Origin: a virus
Strand: one strand, 5' to 3'
DNA: 40,398 nucleotides
UHGV virus genome: UHGV-0331319
Below are positions 32,224-40,398 of the stretch, piece by piece. Position 1 is the stretch's first letter. Every line of letters starts with the position of its first letter. The position numbers and the translations under genes were made by a program. The notes beneath the pieces were generated by a model. The model saw nothing but the letters and a program-made list of their open reading frames with translations, was not told where the DNA came from and ran no database searches.

Positions 32224-34003
32224 ATTCCACAAGCCCCCTTCCTTTTGTGTAATCCCTTAAAAGATTCTCTACAATTAATGATTCTCTACGTATACTTCGC
32301 TCCGACATAGGTATTGTTCCTGCTCTGACCTGTTGATTCAGTTCATTTAATTCTTTCTCATATAAATCATCAAATATCACCGATTTCAGGACATCACCGG
32401 AACGTTCCGCAACATATTTGACGCCATCGTTTCTTGCTGCTATCATAACAGGTATTTCTTTTGTTGTCAAAAGCGTCCTCATATCCGGTTCCGAAAAGGA
32501 ACTGTCTGTGTTATGGTTATGAACGAATGCATATTGTGCATCTGGGTTTTTGTCTAAATGCTTCCAGAATCGATACCCTACCTCATTCTCAGCCTGATTG
32601 GTCTCATAATATTCTATTGCTCCGGTTTTCAGATTTACCAAATGCATATGCTCATATCCGTCCATGCCTCCCTTTTGTGCAACATCCCTTATTGCTCCAG
32701 ATAACCCTTTATTTACTACGTCCGTATATCCATCAAGCTTTACACTGTAGTCATTATCAGGATGATATCCGACTTTCGTATTGGTATTTCTGATGGCCTC
32801 ATTTGCACCCGCCTCCAGTTTTGGTATCCGTAATCGTTCGCGCTGCTGCCGCAGACCCATTTCCTTGGAAAAATCCACATAGGTCTTATTGGTTAGCCGT
32901 AGCCGGCACTTAGCAGCTACTATCTCCTCCTTGTCCGCTTCACCGCTCACCAAAAGTTCCACGTCCTGCTTCTGTTTCCGGATGGTGCGTTCCAGTTTCC
33001 GCTGATGCTGCAAAGCCCCATATGTATCGTATTCCCGGCCTCTGTATACCTTTTTCTCATTTTCCCGCTTGTTCTGCTCCGCCAGCCATTCATCCGTGTA
33101 CTTGCGCTTGCTGATGCCCAGAAGGAAAGGAAACTTGATGTGATAGCAGTTAATCCCTGCAAACCCAAGCATTTCACCCTCACCACAGACTATCCGCATC
33201 TCCTCCGAAGAATATACACGTCCTTGCCATGACTGATGGTTTTTGTATCCGGTCCCAGTGTTCCTGGCGCCCATGTGCCAGTCTACTTCCCAGTGGTCCG
33301 TCCCCAGCTCCTCGGCGTTTTTGTCACTGACCTGTTTGGTCATCTGGGCCACACCTGTCATCACTGCACGTCTTGCTGCCACCTCGATCCGATCAGACTT
33401 GCCAGATGCAGACTTGTCTGACGCATAATCTACGGTACGGATGCCGCTGGCCGTCATCTCATCAATCACATCACCGATAGCCTGACTATATGTCTTGGTG
33501 CCCGTGGTAATCCCCAGCATGGCCTTATCCAGGCTGCGTTCCAGATACTCTGACAACGGAGTAAACACCTTTTTACCGCCGCCCATTGGCACGTTAAATC
33601 CGGTAGTCTGTGTGATGTTTTCCAGTGGCCTCAATGTATCCTTGGTCTGCCGCTTGGCTGCATCCACGACCTGCTGGAGCCATTGATTGTCCCTGTAAGG
33701 TAAATAATCCCTACCAGCAGCCTCGTAAATCTCCTTGTTGCGTATGTAATCAGACCGCGCTGCCTGCTCATAGATATCATCCACTTGCAGGTCAGTCTTT
33801 TCCAATGCCTTACCAATCAGTTGCTTAATCCGGATCCGGCTTGTCCCTATGGCGTCCATCCTGATCAGCAGCCAGTCAATAACTGGGGTAACCTGTGCGG
33901 TCTCCTTGATCCTCTGTATGATCTCATCCATAATGGACAGTTCCAGCGCCGTCATGGTGCGCTCTAATGGCTTTGGCAGCTTCTCCAGTTCCTCAGGTGT
34001 CAT
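32204..34003 (-). CDS. MuF / SPP1 gp7-type minor head protein fused to a C-terminal RadC/JAB (MPN)-like domain, 599 aa
   Basis: N-terminal about 330 aa consistent with a gp7/MuF head-morphogenesis domain directly after the portal; C-terminal YAFVHNHNTDSSFSEPDMRTLLTTKEI resembles the RadC/JAMM core (I-x-H-N-H-P-S-G ... S-x-x-D ... T..L) with candidate upstream Glu residues (EYYE). Confidence 0.7.
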   Translation of the reverse strand: MTPEELEKLPKPLERTMTALELSIMDEIIQRIKETAQVTPVIDWLLIRMDAIGTSRIRIKQLIGKALEKTDLQVDDIYEQAARSDYIRNKEIYEAAGRDYLPYRDNQWLQQVVDAAKRQTKDTLRPLENITQTTGFNVPMGGGKKVFTPLSEYLERSLDKAMLGITTGTKTYSQAIGDVIDEMTASGIRTVDYASDKSASGKSDRIEVAARRAVMTGVAQMTKQVSDKNAEELGTDHWEVDWHMGARNTGTGYKNHQSWQGRVYSSEEMRIVCGEGEMLGFAGINCYHIKFPFLLGISKRKYTDEWLAEQNKRENEKKVYRGREYDTYGALQHQRKLERTIRKQKQDVELLVSGEADKEEIVAAKCRLRLTNKTYVDFSKEMGLRQQRERLRIPKLEAGANEAIRNTNTKVGYHPDNDYSVKLDGYTDVVNKGLSGAIRDVAQKGGMDGYEHMHLVNLKTGAIEYYETNQAENEVGYRFWKHLDKNPDAQYAFVHNHNTDSSFSEPDMRTLLTTKEIPVMIAARNDGVKYVAERSGDVLKSVIFDDLYEKELNELNQQVRAGTIPMSERSIRRESLIVENLLRDYTKGRGLVEYDGRRK

Positions 34004-34262
34004 AAGGGCATTCCTTCGTACAAAACGTAGTCTTGGTCACACTCCCTGTGATATCTCTATGTTTTTCACTAGCCTCGTATGGACATATAAATTCAACTTC
34101 GCTTGGACGGCATACAAGCCTGGAAAACTTTGACACCCCCTTCGGTGTATTTGGTTCATTATACTCTATTACTGCTTTCCCGCACTCAATTGATAATTTA
34201 GTCATGTCATTTGATGATATTTCTATATTCCCTATCCTGACCCATAGATCTTTTAACTTCAT
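33993..34262 (-). CDS. hypothetical small protein between portal and MuF, 89 aa, several Cys
   Basis: ORF in string. Confidence 0.45.
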   Translation of the reverse strand: MKLKDLWVRIGNIEISSNDMTKLSIECGKAVIEYNEPNTPKGVSKFSRLVCRPSEVEFICPYEASEKHRDITGSVTKTTFCTKECPYDT

Positions 34263-34266
34263 ATCC

Positions 34267-35655
34267 TCACTCCTCCGTCAATGCTGGTTCCGGCAGGTTC
34301 TTGGCTGCCTCCTCCAGGGTTTCGCCATACCACTTGGCTCTGTACTCTGCCAGGGACATTACGCCCATTGCTACATCCGCCCGGTCAGTCTGACGCTCCA
34401 ATTCCGCATCTACGATCACGCTGTCGTCCCAATCAGATGACACCTCATAGTCGCTGCCAGCTGGAATTAAGCCATACAGTGCCGCCCAGAAACTCATGGC
34501 ATACACCAGGTCCTCCAGGGCATCCTGTAATGCCATCTGGGTATCGGACACCATCACATAGGAGCGCTGCCTGCTGGTCTTAATCTCAGTGGCGGTCTTA
34601 TCCACGCTCTGTGGATCTGACAGGGTGCCGTAGGCCAAGTTGCAGTTAAACTCCACCAGCTTCAGCTGGTTATTGAATCCATTAAATAAAGCTGTATCTC
34701 GAATCTCTGGGCTGAATGTATCAATGAATGGCTTATCTGTAGCACCGGTATTGTAATCAACGTTACGATATAGCCGCTCCTGGCCTCCTGGATATTCATA
34801 TTTATCCTGATCCTGGTTGTACTTAAGTAAGGATGTGGCTATGTGCACGGCCAGTTGTGTGCCCTCATACTCCCAGCATATGTTGGAATACCGCCTGTCT
34901 GCCTCTTTGATGAGCCCAATTGCCCTGGAGTATACCGACACCCCAAGCGGACTGTCCGAATCGTCCGCATTGGCCAATGGTACCTTGAAATATCCGAACA
35001 GTAACCGATCCGCGCCCTCAAGTAACAGTTCTGGTACCAACTCGGACCATCTGTCAATAGAGTTGACCGCCACCTCACTGCCAAGGTTATAATCATTTGT
35101 AGCCACAAAGGCTCGGTTGGTAATATGCACCCGGTTCCCCTGCAGCGTATGCACTTCCAGTCTGGTATATATCTTCTGCCCCTTACGGAACTGCTCCGTG
35201 AATACGCACTGCGTAAGCCGACCAGAACTATCGAAACCCAAGGGAAAGAAGCAATCTGCTTGTACGAACTGTACTTCAATTCCCTGCTTCGTGATATATG
35301 GCTTCATAATCAGGCCACCTTTTGCGCATCCGTACTCAACATACCGCCGCAGATCCTTGATCACTTTACGCTGATATTGCTCATTCAGGTAATCCGCCGC
35401 TGGCCCTCCAGTCACCTCAGACTTAAGTTCCAACGTTACCAAGCGCGCAATCTCTGAGGCAATAGCTGGCGCAAGGTTGGCGCTGAACACATCCTTATTA
35501 TTCACCCACGGTGACCTGTTTTCATACATCCTGGTCCAAAGTTCAATCATGTTTGCCATCTGGGACGTCATACACACATCCACCTGGGTGTCCGCATCCT
35601 TATTCAGGACATTCATGATCAAGTCTAACATCTTTGTGAATTTCGTCATCATCAC
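34267..35655 (-). CDS. portal protein
   Basis: 462 aa, immediately downstream of terL; SPP1-type module order. Confidence 0.8.
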   Translation of the reverse strand: MMMTKFTKMLDLIMNVLNKDADTQVDVCMTSQMANMIELWTRMYENRSPWVNNKDVFSANLAPAIASEIARLVTLELKSEVTGGPAADYLNEQYQRKVIKDLRRYVEYGCAKGGLIMKPYITKQGIEVQFVQADCFFPLGFDSSGRLTQCVFTEQFRKGQKIYTRLEVHTLQGNRVHITNRAFVATNDYNLGSEVAVNSIDRWSELVPELLLEGADRLLFGYFKVPLANADDSDSPLGVSVYSRAIGLIKEADRRYSNICWEYEGTQLAVHIATSLLKYNQDQDKYEYPGGQERLYRNVDYNTGATDKPFIDTFSPEIRDTALFNGFNNQLKLVEFNCNLAYGTLSDPQSVDKTATEIKTSRQRSYVMVSDTQMALQDALEDLVYAMSFWAALYGLIPAGSDYEVSSDWDDSVIVDAELERQTDRADVAMGVMSLAEYRAKWYGETLEEAAKNLPEPALTEE

Positions 35656-35658
35656 CTC

Positions 35659-37047
35659 CTATCCGTATTTGATCAGACGGCTGATCTGCCGTTCAAACGT
35701 GTATTCAAAGCTATCCAAGCTATCAATATCACTCGTACCATCATCCAGCCTGACGTTCTTGGTTAATTCCTTGGGATCCCATACGGCTGTGCTTAGAGCA
35801 TCCACAAGGCTCTGGCACTCACCCTGGATATAATAAAAACGCCCCTGTGCCATTAGAATAGCAGTGGCGTTGATCCTATCATTGATCTCAGTTTTTAGGG
35901 CATTTTCTACACGAACCCAGCCAAGACCGTGTTTGCGTAAGCTGGATCGGATCCCGGCTATCAGCGTCTGCTCTGCGTTGTCTGCATATACGGTTGTGAT
36001 AAACCCGTACCGGCTTATGATTTTCTGGCAGAAGTTACAGAACATGGTTCCCAGCATCTCCGGGTCAATTTCAATCTGGTTCCCTTTCTCATCCTTGCAG
36101 CCTATCCATTCTGATGCAAGAGCGATCACATTATGATATCCCCTGGTGATGGCCGTGGCCGTGAAAGAATGTCCGGATCCACTGCCACCGAAATCAATTC
36201 CAAGGATAATCTCCATGATGTCCTTTGGCTTGTCAGTCAGGCAGAAGGCGTATTGTTTGGTACTTGTATCATCAGCAAACCGGCGGTAGATAAGGCCATT
36301 GGCCACCACGCGCATCCCCTTGATGTCCCGCAGGTACCAGATACTGTTCTTGTCATACCGGCTTTCAACCTCCCGTAGACGTTCCGGAGTGATGTTGATG
36401 TTGTCGTAAATGGTACAGTGCATGTAGTTGTATCCACCTGGGAAGTCTCCCGCATCTGCCTGTCGCTGGTACTTGTCTATATACTCCGCGTAAATGGGCG
36501 CCCTTGGGTTATCCGGATTCAGATCCCAGAATACTTTTAGCCGCTGCGCGGCCAGCTGACGGTTGAAGGCCTCTTTGATGGTGTTGTCATGATGCAGGTT
36601 GATCTCTGTTGCGATCCACATACCATAGGAGTTGCCACGGATCTTTTTATAGCTGTCTTCCTTGGCAGCACCGGCAAATATTACAATCTTCTGCTTTCCC
36701 CTTGTGTCCGGCCCCTTGATAAACAGTGCTTCATTGTCCTTGTACTTCCCCCAGTGGCACTGCCCCCGGAAGATCCATTCAAGGCCAAAACCATTGGCAT
36801 CACCAATGTTAAGCTTGGCATTGGCCATTGTAGATCCAGTGGCCAGATGGATACGATCAGGCGTGGTCTTCAGTTCATGGGCAAAGGCAAACACATTGTC
36901 CACCGTCTTGCCGGCACGAACAGCACCCTCGGCCACGTTATACATGCAGGTCTCACATCTACGTATATACTCCTTGTGCTTTTCAGAAAAGTTAAAAGGG
37001 ATGGTCTTTTTCCGGGTGAACCTATTAGGCACTGCCATAGATATCAC
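35659..37047 (-). CDS. terminase large subunit
   Basis: Walker A AEGAVRAGKT near the N-terminus; C-terminal nuclease-type acidic residues; 462 aa. Confidence 0.85.
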   Translation of the reverse strand: MISMAVPNRFTRKKTIPFNFSEKHKEYIRRCETCMYNVAEGAVRAGKTVDNVFAFAHELKTTPDRIHLATGSTMANAKLNIGDANGFGLEWIFRGQCHWGKYKDNEALFIKGPDTRGKQKIVIFAGAAKEDSYKKIRGNSYGMWIATEINLHHDNTIKEAFNRQLAAQRLKVFWDLNPDNPRAPIYAEYIDKYQRQADAGDFPGGYNYMHCTIYDNINITPERLREVESRYDKNSIWYLRDIKGMRVVANGLIYRRFADDTSTKQYAFCLTDKPKDIMEIILGIDFGGSGSGHSFTATAITRGYHNVIALASEWIGCKDEKGNQIEIDPEMLGTMFCNFCQKIISRYGFITTVYADNAEQTLIAGIRSSLRKHGLGWVRVENALKTEINDRINATAILMAQGRFYYIQGECQSLVDALSTAVWDPKELTKNVRLDDGTSDIDSLDSFEYTFERQISRLIKYG

Positions 37048-37738
37048 CCTCTATCCCATCCATTTCCTCAATCTCCTGATTGTTACCTGTAAGCTTATCT
37101 GTCTGGGCCCGGAGTTGTGCGATCCGCGCTTTCTGTTCTTCGCTGGCCAGATCCCAACGCTTATGCAGCAACTCGTCATACTGCTTGATGAGCCCTTCCA
37201 GCGTCTTTTGGGCCCGGGCCTGCGCTTGCAGGAAATTGCCCTGCTTATCCCAGGCCTGCTGCACCTCCCAGCGTTCCTCCGTCACTGTATCGCCATCCTT
37301 ATGGCCTATCCTGGTGGTTGTCACGTCATCCCGATCTTTGACATACATGATGGACTGTGCCCGGATGATGGCAGCATAAGCAATCTGTACCTGGTCCCAG
37401 AGGATGTCAAGCGGATCCGTGGGCATCTCCTGGATAATAGAAACGGTCTCCTCAGGCAAGTACTTGCTGAAGAAACCGAATTTTTCTGCGTTTTTATTCT
37501 GTTCTGGGGCCGCGCCGCCTTTATTACCAAGGGCGTTCTTACTCCCTTTAGGCGGCCCCTTTTTATGCGAACGTTCGCTTTTCTTATCCGAGCGTTCGTT
37601 ATCCCACTTATGAGTACACTTCCAGCGGCGGACCGTCCCCTCTGGCAGATTCAGTTGATTTGCAATCTCAACTAATTTCCTACCTTCCCGATACATGGCC
37701 TCCGCCTGTTCTATCCTTGGATCTGGCGCCCTGGCCAT
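37025..37738 (-). CDS. terminase small subunit
   Basis: N-terminal HTH (GRKLVEIANQLNLPEGTVRRW); Lys/Arg-rich middle; overlaps the terL start; AGAGGTGA RBS + ATG (MARAPDP). Confidence 0.7.
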   Translation of the reverse strand: MARAPDPRIEQAEAMYREGRKLVEIANQLNLPEGTVRRWKCTHKWDNERSDKKSERSHKKGPPKGSKNALGNKGGAAPEQNKNAEKFGFFSKYLPEETVSIIQEMPTDPLDILWDQVQIAYAAIIRAQSIMYVKDRDDVTTTRIGHKDGDTVTEERWEVQQAWDKQGNFLQAQARAQKTLEGLIKQYDELLHKRWDLASEEQKARIAQLRAQTDKLTGNNQEIEEMDGIEGDIYGSA

Positions 37739-37776
37739 GCTGATCACCTCTTTTATGTTTGTTTTGTAAAACAATG

Positions 37777-37998
37777 CTACTCACCCAGTGTCTTGGTGGT
37801 CTTATCTAACGCCAGCAGCATATTGTAATTCATGACTATCTCTGTTGCCCAGATTACCATCAAACGATAGTCGGCCAGTGTCTTTGTCTCCTGCATTGTA
37901 CGTTCCCATATAGCCTTTGTAAGATCCATGTTCCGTTCTTCAATCACCAGCCATGCTGGCTTCACTCCTAATAACGGTTTCTTTGATAGTTCTCCCAT
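37777..37998 (-). CDS. hypothetical protein, 73 aa
   Basis: ORF upstream of terS. Confidence 0.4.
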   Translation of the reverse strand: MGELSKKPLLGVKPAWLVIEERNMDLTKAIWERTMQETKTLADYRLMVIWATEIVMNYNMLLALDKTTKTLGE

Positions 37999-38054
37999 GT
38001 TATCCTCCTTGTGTGCAATAAAATGGCACCCAACCTCGCGGATGAGTGCTTAAA

Positions 38055-38128
38055 TAGCGAAGGCAGGATTTGAACCTGCGACCTCCGGGTTATGGGCCCG
38101 GCGAGCTGCCAGACTGCTCTACCTCGTA
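38055..38128 (-). tRNA. tRNA-Met (CAU) with initiator-like features
   Basis: hand-folded cloverleaf: D stem GAGC/GCTC; anticodon stem CCGGG/CCCGG (three G-C pairs at 29-31:39-41); loop CCCAUAA; 5-nt variable loop; T arm GCAGG-TTCAAAT-CCTGC; acceptor 5/7 paired with a 1:72 mismatch; 74 nt; no encoded CCA. Confidence 0.6.
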
Positions 38129-38380
38129 TTAATGTGTACCTGCATCTAAGTACCCAGAATCTGGATACCCGATGCGCCAGTACAATGCGTTTTATGCCCA
38201 GGCATCGGCAAATGCACAGGGCTGAAAAAACAATACCCCACTACACCAATGCAGTAGGGAGAGTCAGCCGCCAGGCTGTGACACCTGACAGCCGTTGTAT
38301 AATGGGGGAGGATGCTTCTGCCCTCTGGCTTCTGCATGATAGCATCTTAGCATGATTCAGGCGAACATGACCGAACATTT

Positions 38381-38842
38381 TTAAATTTCCTCAAAAAATC
38401 TATTATTCCTCACTCTGCAACTATCCTCCGTGAACTTCACCCGCCGCTTTGGCAACATGCGGTTCATAGCCTGTGCCACTTTCCACCACGGTAGCCCATC
38501 TATGTAATACAGCCGGAACATGATCCGCATCTCACTCTTCGGGATGGTCTGGATATACTCCTCCGCCTGACAGGTTAACTCCAACAGTTCTGCCTCCTTG
38601 CGCTCCAGGATCTGTCTGTACCGTTCCCTCAAGGCTTGCTTCCGGTAATAATCCGGTACTGGATAGCCTGTAATCTTAATACTTCCAATCGTACCATCTG
38701 ATCGCGTTCCCTTGACGGTATCTGACACCTGATGAGGCTCCTCCAAGAATCTGTCCAGCTTCTTAATCCGCTGTCTTATGTCCTTTATCTCCTCTTTCAT
38801 CTCGCAATATTGTATCAGCACCTCCTTGTCCATCGGCATCAC
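38381..38842 (-). CDS. putative late-gene transcriptional activator (sigma-70 region-4-like; ArpU/RinA-type)
   Basis: C-terminal MRIMFRLYYIDGLPWWKVAQAMN resembles a sigma region-4 HTH; about 150 aa; location upstream of the packaging genes. Confidence 0.45.
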   Translation of the reverse strand: MMPMDKEVLIQYCEMKEEIKDIRQRIKKLDRFLEEPHQVSDTVKGTRSDGTIGSIKITGYPVPDYYRKQALRERYRQILERKEAELLELTCQAEEYIQTIPKSEMRIMFRLYYIDGLPWWKVAQAMNRMLPKRRVKFTEDSCRVRNNRFFEEI

Positions 38843-38848
38843 CTCCCA

Positions 38849-39181
38849 TCACCGCATGTCAATCTCAATGTCGCATTCATCTTTCAGCACCGCCCTGATA
38901 TCATCCAGCGTGTACAATCCTTTATCAAACTGCCGGTAAAACTCCAGGCAGTAGTCCACAAAGCGTTGTTCCCGGCTCTTACCATCCACCTCACGCCGGA
39001 TCAGCTGCCCGAAGTGATCCTTAAACATCAGCACCGGTATTCCAAGCATCAGAAGGAATGCTGTCTCTGCCGCATCATGGGTGGCCTCCTGTTTCATCCC
39101 CTGCATCTGGTCCCTGGAAAGATTGTATGTAGGCTGTTTTCTGTTCTGACGCTCTAAGCGGCGCCGTTCTGCTCGGGTCAT
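38849..39181 (-). CDS. hypothetical protein, 110 aa
   Basis: ORF with GGGAGTGAG RBS. Confidence 0.45.
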   Translation of the reverse strand: MTRAERRRLERQNRKQPTYNLSRDQMQGMKQEATHDAAETAFLLMLGIPVLMFKDHFGQLIRREVDGKSREQRFVDYCLEFYRQFDKGLYTLDDIRAVLKDECDIEIDMR

Positions 39182-39373
39182 AATATTGTCTCACTCCCTT
39201 CGGTGGCTCCCGCAGTCCCGGATCCGGGCAAGCCACTGTATATGTATAGGCCGGCATCCTGGCGGACCAAGTGTTTGGTGGCGGCTCCTTAATGGCTGAT
39301 TCCGCGGAAGCCGCTACAGCTGATAACCGTAATACCTTATTGGCCTTTACCTGTTTACTGTCTGCTTTCTTTT

Positions 39374-39631
39374 TCAATCAGGCACCTCCTCTATTGACCG
39401 CCACGCCACAACCTGGTCAAACGGTATCCTCCTGGCAGTATCCCGGTAATACCATTCCTCATCATCTGTTACAAAAAAACCTATTACCTCGTCCCCGCTC
39501 GCAAGCTGTATCTGGACATCTTCCGAACATCTCTTATAATGCGGAGACCTTAATGGCACATCTTCATCTATTGGAATCCATTCCTCCATGTTTCGCCATT
39601 CCTTTCGTATCGCAAATATCAGTTTAGGCAA
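39374..39631 (-). CDS. hypothetical protein, 85 aa
   Basis: ORF; start overlaps the upstream gene. Confidence 0.45.
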   Translation of the reverse strand: MPKLIFAIRKEWRNMEEWIPIDEDVPLRSPHYKRCSEDVQIQLASGDEVIGFFVTDDEEWYYRDTARRIPFDQVVAWRSIEEVPD

Positions 39632-40070
39632 GTAAGCGATACCACCGAGTTTTCATTTCAGCGGGTATCTCCTGCCCCTTGTTTCGCTCTCCTGTCCAGT
39701 GTGTTCCGCCAGCTTCTCCGTCACACAAAAAGCCGCTGGCCTTCAAACTGGTTCCCGGTTCACTCTGTAAAATATAGGTGATGATCTTCCGGTACCCCAT
39801 ATCCTTTGCGATCCGGCAGCATGCCCCATATAACATGCTGCAAGCATTGTATGTACCGTCAGTACATAATCTATTAATTTCACAGGTCAGACCATCATCC
39901 AGGTATCGGCTCACTGGCCTACCACATACGGCACAGCCTATTATCTGTTCTCCCTCATACAGCCCGACCGAAAACTTATGGCCGACTGTAGCATTATGAT
40001 GGCGGTGATACAAATTTATAAAGTCACTGGCCTGTCTGAATGTGATTGGTTTAATTTCCGTATCCCTCAC
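39624..40070 (-). CDS. hypothetical Cys/His-rich protein, 148 aa
   Basis: YHRHHNATVGHKFSVGLYEGEQIIGCAVCGRP...EINRLCT; no confident family assignment. Confidence 0.45.
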   Translation of the reverse strand: MRDTEIKPITFRQASDFINLYHRHHNATVGHKFSVGLYEGEQIIGCAVCGRPVSRYLDDGLTCEINRLCTDGTYNACSMLYGACCRIAKDMGYRKIITYILQSEPGTSLKASGFLCDGEAGGTHWTGERNKGQEIPAEMKTRWYRLLA

Positions 40071-40091
40071 TCCTTCCAGTTACGGAAAATG

Positions 40092-40316
40092 CTAATCTTC
40101 ATTGATTCTATAACATTTCAATTTTCTATCTGCAATGTTATATTCAAAATTCACTGCAACGCCATCACAATGCCAAACTCCGACCAAAAATGGCACACCT
40201 GCCCATGTTCCTATAGTTTCGCACTTTACAATTCCGTATGATTCAATTTCCGGGCAGTGTACAGGTTTTCCAGCCATTTCTTGTAATTCATGCTGAGTAA
40301 GCGGTTCCTTATTCAT
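40092..40316 (-). CDS. hypothetical protein, 74 aa
   Basis: GGAGGTGA + 8 nt + ATG (MNKEPL). Confidence 0.4.
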   Translation of the reverse strand: MNKEPLTQHELQEMAGKPVHCPEIESYGIVKCETIGTWAGVPFLVGVWHCDGVAVNFEYNIADRKLKCYRINED

Positions 40317-40398
40317 TATTCTTTTCACCTCCAAATGCTAATTCTCGTGCTTTCTAATTAGCTGTTCACATTCCTCCGCTGTTAATTTACACTGACAA

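Noticed and set aside
38055-38128. tRNA-like sequence as the attP core
   Set aside because: It is a full-length foldable tRNA lying 26 kb from the integrase. The arm-site cluster next to int is a better attP candidate. Interpreted as a phage-encoded tRNA.
39075-39377. 100-aa TTG-initiated ORF
   Set aside because: Its apparent RBS is the coding 3' end of the upstream gene. It overlaps the downstream gene by more than 100 nt and is low-complexity (Pro/Ala-rich).

Overview
The window is almost entirely a temperate siphovirus-type phage genome from a Firmicutes (Clostridia-like) host. The endolysin carries choline-binding-type cell-wall repeats and the head module is SPP1-like. Nearly all genes run on the minus strand as one long transcriptional array. 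Reading high to low coordinate, the order is: small early or late-control genes, a putative late activator, an initiator-like tRNA-Met, terS, terL, portal, a MuF-fusion protein, scaffold, major capsid, head-tail joining proteins, major tail protein, two chaperones, a 1264-aa tape measure, distal tail proteins, a fibre with an invertible C-terminus, a holin, a second large fibre, then the endolysin. After the endolysin come a small moron locus (an HTH gene plus a Cys-rich/acidic peptide pair), a candidate attP with arm-type repeats, and a plus-strand lysogeny block (integrase, an Mrr-like nuclease gene, ImmA, a CI-like repressor). Across a divergent operator region lie the Cro-like gene, an antirepressor and an excisionase-like HTH. 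The minus-strand replication and recombination module follows (Sak4-like ATPase, DUF669-like protein, ERCC4 nuclease, a replisome organiser with internal iterons, primase-helicase, a radical-SAM protein). Lysis, attP and int are contiguous, so the DNA is in the phage (non-integrated or circularly permuted) configuration rather than an integrated prophage. The items I most want re-examined are: (1) a 31-bp perfect inverted repeat pair flanking alternative tail-fibre C-terminal cassettes, which looks like a Mu G-segment-like inversion switch with no invertase in the window; (2) an AT-rich gene in the int-proximal moron slot encoding a degenerate FtsK-like domain fused to an Mrr-type PD-(D/E)xK nuclease; (3) a MuF minor-head protein fused to a RadC/JAB-like domain; (4) an extremely Cys-rich small protein paired with an acidic small protein and an HTH gene beside attP. 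All functional calls rest on motif-level reading of the translations; no database searches were run.
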